This document shows, piece by piece, positions 59,316 to 64,000 of a stretch of 64,000 bases of DNA (position 1 is its first letter; each line of letters opens with the position of its first letter). Source of the stretch: Octopus sinensis (Eukaryota); contig NC_042997.1 of the NCBI RefSeq assembly GCF_006345805.1, positions 131,254,001 through 131,318,000 of the forward strand. Reading direction: 5' to 3'. Both the position numbers and the translations under genes were made by a program. The notes under the pieces were generated by a model, which made no database searches, had not been told where the DNA came from, and worked only from the letters and a program-made list of their open reading frames with translations.

Positions 59316-62300
59316 GTTTTTGAAATTTGAATAAATTTTACCTCTTTCCAGACATATGCTGATTGAGTGCCAAGTAGAAAGAAAAAAAGAAACAAACAAA
59401 ACAAAAGCCAAATAAAGCTCAGTATTAAGGTAGTGACTTGGGAAAATTGTTAGTCAGACAAAATGACTTGTATCTTTTCTGACTCATGTTCAACATTCAA
59501 ATCTAGCTGAGGCCAGCTTTGCCTTTTGTCTCTCTGTGGTTGATTAAGTACCAGTCAGTATATTGAGGTCTTGGGGTGCAATCCTTTTTATTTTTTCATT
59601 CAGTCTGTTGGGTCTTTGAGATTTTGCTTGGAATTATGAGTAAGGTTTGAGAGGCTGTCTGTCTGCGTCTGATGGCATTGGATGCATGCTAATATCAAGT
59701 TTGTAATCAATGGCTAAATTAGTCTTGGGTAGGTACAACAAGCTTGCTTGCTAAGCTGTACTGTGTTGGGGAAACATTTATGAAACTGATTTGCTTTTGG
59801 CTGACCTGAAAATGGCAAATGGAGAAACACCCAGAAAAATTAGCAACACGTAGATCTATGCATGTTGTTTGTCAAATATAACTCTCAGAGTGTTGAGAGA
59901 TTGAAATGTCATCTTTCAGTAAGTAAATTAACATCCCAGTGCAGCAGCATGTATTGCGTAGTTGCTTTATTTTGTACTTCTGAAGCAGCTCAATGCATAG
60001 AATTAAATAGCATAGGATGAATGATGCAATAAAAGTAATTTAACACAGAACAGACAAAAGAAATATTATGTTTTCTTAATCTTTAATTGGGCAGAGTAGC
60101 ACAGTGGAAGTGAGCTGGGCCCAATGTCCAAAGCTCTGTAGATTGAAACTACTCCACACAAAACTGGATGTTGTTTTTATATTTTTACATAATGAGTTGT
60201 AAACAAATATACCTACAGGGATAGGTACAAACATGTATATACCTCCAGGGATAGGTACAGATTATATTATGAAATTGAATTTTATACAGAGTTAAGGGAT
60301 CACCAAACCCCAGGTAGCATAGTGAGCATTAGATGGTAACAGGACATTTTGCTTAATATATCAGACCTGATGGAGATTTTGCTTTTAGTCCTAGAAGATT
60401 TAGTAACCAAATAGAAGCCTTCTCATTAGTTCTGAACATACTTTTAACTGGTTGTTTAGCTTCCTACCAGCCCTGATGGAACAGTTCTATTTCCAACTAC
60501 TTAGAACTACATTATCCAGGTTCTTTTTTTTTATTTTTTAAAGATACTATGGTATGCTACAAGGAGGATTTGGCTGTCATTTCTAGCCAGTCAAGCACTT
60601 GTGTTGAGGTTCTCTTGTCAGCTCATTTGGGTGCTGTGACTTCTGCAAGACAGGAATGCAGTATTGCACATTATGTAATATTATATGCATAGATGCTGTG
60701 TATTGTTGAGCTAAATTTGCAGATTGAATAATATGCAAATGTCAGTCCTGAAAAATGGATAAAAAATTACTTGTAATATTTTTTCTAATTAATTTTTCCA
60801 TTATATTAAGTTAGTGACTTAACTTGGTGAATTAATAATGGTCTGTATCAGCATACTGGAAATGCAGGCAGAAGAGGTGCAGCTGTTAGAGGAAGTGGCA
60901 AAAAATGGATGTTTGTTCCAGGTCAGCCCTGATTGAGCAGATCAATAGTTAAAGACGTTCTATCCATGACCATTCCATTTTTTGTGAACCTAGACCTGCA
61001 TTACCCAGTGTACTCTTTATTTTTTTTTTTTATCTAGGTAGGTAATTTTAAGGAGGTTTGCTACTATTTCTTGTAAGTCAAGTGATTATATAGATAGACA
61101 CTCCTTTACTGATTCATGTAGAATGACATTTTGTTTGGAATGAGTCTTTATATTCTCTCACAAAGAATCATTCATTTCATCTTATGACATATTGATGAGT
61201 CTTTTTTCTGCTTTTATTTCCATTAAAGCTGTTTTGCATTTTTGAATGTGGACTGAAAATTTTGCTATGAATACATATCAAGTTCTTAATCCATTAATTT
61301 TTTTTTAAATGGTGTGATATTTGATAAACAACTAGTGAAAAGTTTGCAGGGCTTTTGTGCATTTGAAACTTTTTATCCCCATAAATTAATCTGGATGAGG
61401 AGAAACATCCTTGTTTGTGGCCGACATCTTCAGATAATGAGATGTATTTGATGTTAAATTTCTTTGCCAGAGATACAGTCTGAGGTGATGAATCTCATCA
61501 TCTCAGGCTGTCTCTCTGGCAACTGGTCTTCCAGCAGGCTTTTAACTGGCTTGGTTAGCTTTGATCTTCACGTTATTCAATAAACTTCATATAGGCATTC
61601 TAATACATCATAACAATATCAAAACCACCCTGAAACATAAATTCAGTTAGGTTATTATAGCCACGTCCCTTTCTGTTCCAATTTCTCTCAGCTGAGGGAG
61701 ATCTTCGTTTTGTGTTATATGGTGACCTCACTGAAGTACCTCTTTAGTACTTGGTGAACTCATTTATCCACAGCTAAATATTTTGACTTGAGACATAGAG
61801 TAATGGTAGGATATAAACTGTTGAGCCTAGTCGTGTCGTATCTTATCAACTTGGTGATCCATGCATTCAATATGATAATTCATAACCTTGACCTAAGGCC
61901 ACAAATTGGGATTAGAGGTAGACAATTTGATCCATGTATTTGAGTGGTATTGATTACATTGAGTGTGGCGAGATTTGAATCTGGACAGTAAAGGCAAAGA
62001 AATAAATGCCTCAAAGCATATTTTCTGTACTCCTTGACTTCTCTACCTTCTCTAGTGTGAAATGCTCACAATAATAATAATGATAATAAAGCTATTTGTT
62101 GTAATATAATAAGAAAATGAATTTGAAAACTGGTTTGGTTTCAGTTCATTTGTGGTGCATATATATATATATATATGCTTACACACACACACACACACAC
62201 ACACACTCACTATGTATATACATATTTCTGTTCTGAAGGCAAGGTAAACTCTGATATTTGAAATCAGAACATTAAGTTGCAAACTAAATGCCATGAAGTA

Positions 62301-63103
62301 TTGAGACCAATCTTCCACGTCTACTCTCTGCCTCAACACTCATCTAATGATGGAAATAAGTCATTCTAAATCAAATGTGACATTTTAGCAAGTCAAACTT
62401 GATTTACCCAATTGCCTTAATACAGTTTCAACTGAAGTTTCAGAAGTCTTGCTGTAAGGCATTGGTGTCTATAACTATCTTTATGTAACATTTGTAACCC
62501 ATAGAAAGAAACAGTAATGAATATATCTTATATAATCTAATAAGCTGAGTAAATAATAAAGTGGATTCCACTAGATCGTTTTCACTTGTTGCTTGAAATT
62601 AGATTATCTCCCTTCTTTAATTTACCTAACAATTACTGAGATTATTCAAAACAGCTTTCCTGATTACAGAACTCCTTCCCTATAAATTTCCTTTTCCTGA
62701 AGGTTAAAGTTATTAAATTCAATTGTATTTGTATTACTGAAGTAATGTTTTACATAACATGAATGTTTCTGAATGATGTTTCAGCTGTGATAATGATAAA
62801 TAATTGCAAAAAATAGACTGGGGGGAGTCAGCAAGTAACACCAAAACTTTAAGCACTTTAACATAGTTTTAACTTGATAGACAACAAGCTGGATGCAGTC
62901 AGGCACTGTTGATCCCATAGTTTCCCCTTCTTTCCATCATCTTTGTTGCATCTCACTCTGGCTCCACACTTAAAGCACTATACCCTGTGGTCATTCATTT
63001 CCAGAATTTTGAGGCCCCTCAAATTTACTCTCCCGTGAGTGTGTTGCTCTGTTGGTGTTGACTTGCAAAGATTCAGAAGGAACAGTAATCGCATCAATCT
63101 CGA

Positions 63104-63288
63104 GGTGCAGGAGTGGCTGTGTGGTAAGTAGCTTGCTTACCAACCACATGGTTCCGGGTTCAGTCCCACTGCGTGGCACCTTGGGCAAGAGTCTTGTACT
63201 ATAACTTCAGGCCGACCAAAGCCTTGTGAGTGGATTTGGTAGACGGAAACTGGAAGAAGCCCGTCGTATATGTATGTATGTATGTGTA

Positions 63289-63319
<31 letters not shown>

Positions 63320-63522
63320 ATATGTGTTTGTTTGTGTTTGTCCCCCCAACATCGCTTGACAACCGATGCTGGTGTGTTTACATCCCCGTAACTTAGTGGT
63401 TCAGCATAAGAGACCAATAGAATAAGAATAAGCTCTGATGTCAATTTGCTCAACTATAAAGGCAGTGCTCCAGCATGGCCGCAGTCAAATGACTGAAACA
63501 AGTAAAAGAGTAAAAAGAGAGT
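63104..63522 (+). mobile_element. Main SINE family A copy
   Basis: Full-length pattern. Confidence 0.9.
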
Positions 63523-64000
63523 AACAAGTTTCAAAACAGTCATCTATCATGATTTCATGTGTATTTTTACTGGTTTCAAAAAGTTGAATGTTATGTTGTT
63601 GCAAAAAAGCATAAGGATACAGTATAAAGACTGTTTTAATTTTAGTTTATAATTTGGCTTTTTTTTTCCCCGCTTTAATAATGCCCCATTGATTAGTAAT
63701 ACCGTAACTAATAACTTATATTGGCATTTGGAAGGGTGTCCAGTCATAGAAAGCATGCCAAGCTGACACAGTTCGTTGGATCCTGTCAAACCATCCAGCC
63801 CTTGCTAGCATGGGAAACAGATTTTGAACAATGATGATTTTAGGTACCAAAACAGAAAATGAAAACAGACACCAAACATCATCGTTCATCATCATTTAAC
63901 ATCCGCCTTCCATGCTAGCATGGGTGGGACAGTTTCACAAGAGCTGGCCAGGCAGAAGCCTGCACCAGACTTCTGTGACTGTTTTGGTAGGAATTTTACA

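Overview
AT-rich, intron/intergenic-type animal DNA, most likely from an octopus or other coleoid cephalopod. This is inferred from the abundant microsatellite-containing tRNA/CORE-type SINE and companion repeats, which I recognise from memory and did not verify by search. Most of the window is transposon-derived. It contains a CR1-like LINE lacking its whole RT domain, 5'-truncated R4/Dong and L1/Tx1 LINE ends, at least five SINE families, several MITEs, Helentron-like HINEs and many microsatellites. Almost all ORFs in the supplied track are microsatellite or SINE artefacts. No complete host gene can be named. Candidate exons lie at 24.4 kb (in a 755-bp tandem duplication) and 27.2 kb. A housekeeping-type promoter/first exon at about 28.5 kb coincides with a switch to CpG-depleted sequence and is followed by further candidate exons (32.8 and 47.7 kb). 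The most notable observation is a tRNA-headed element carrying an intact minimal type I hammerhead ribozyme and a Penelope-style inverted terminal copy (28078-28380); two further degenerate hammerheads from other families occur at 12.3 and 21.7 kb. Two SINE-LINE 3'-tail partnerships are visible within the window, and there is a possible old NUMT at 48.5-49.2 kb. All analysis was by eye; repeat boundaries are approximate unless a TSD or TIR is quoted.
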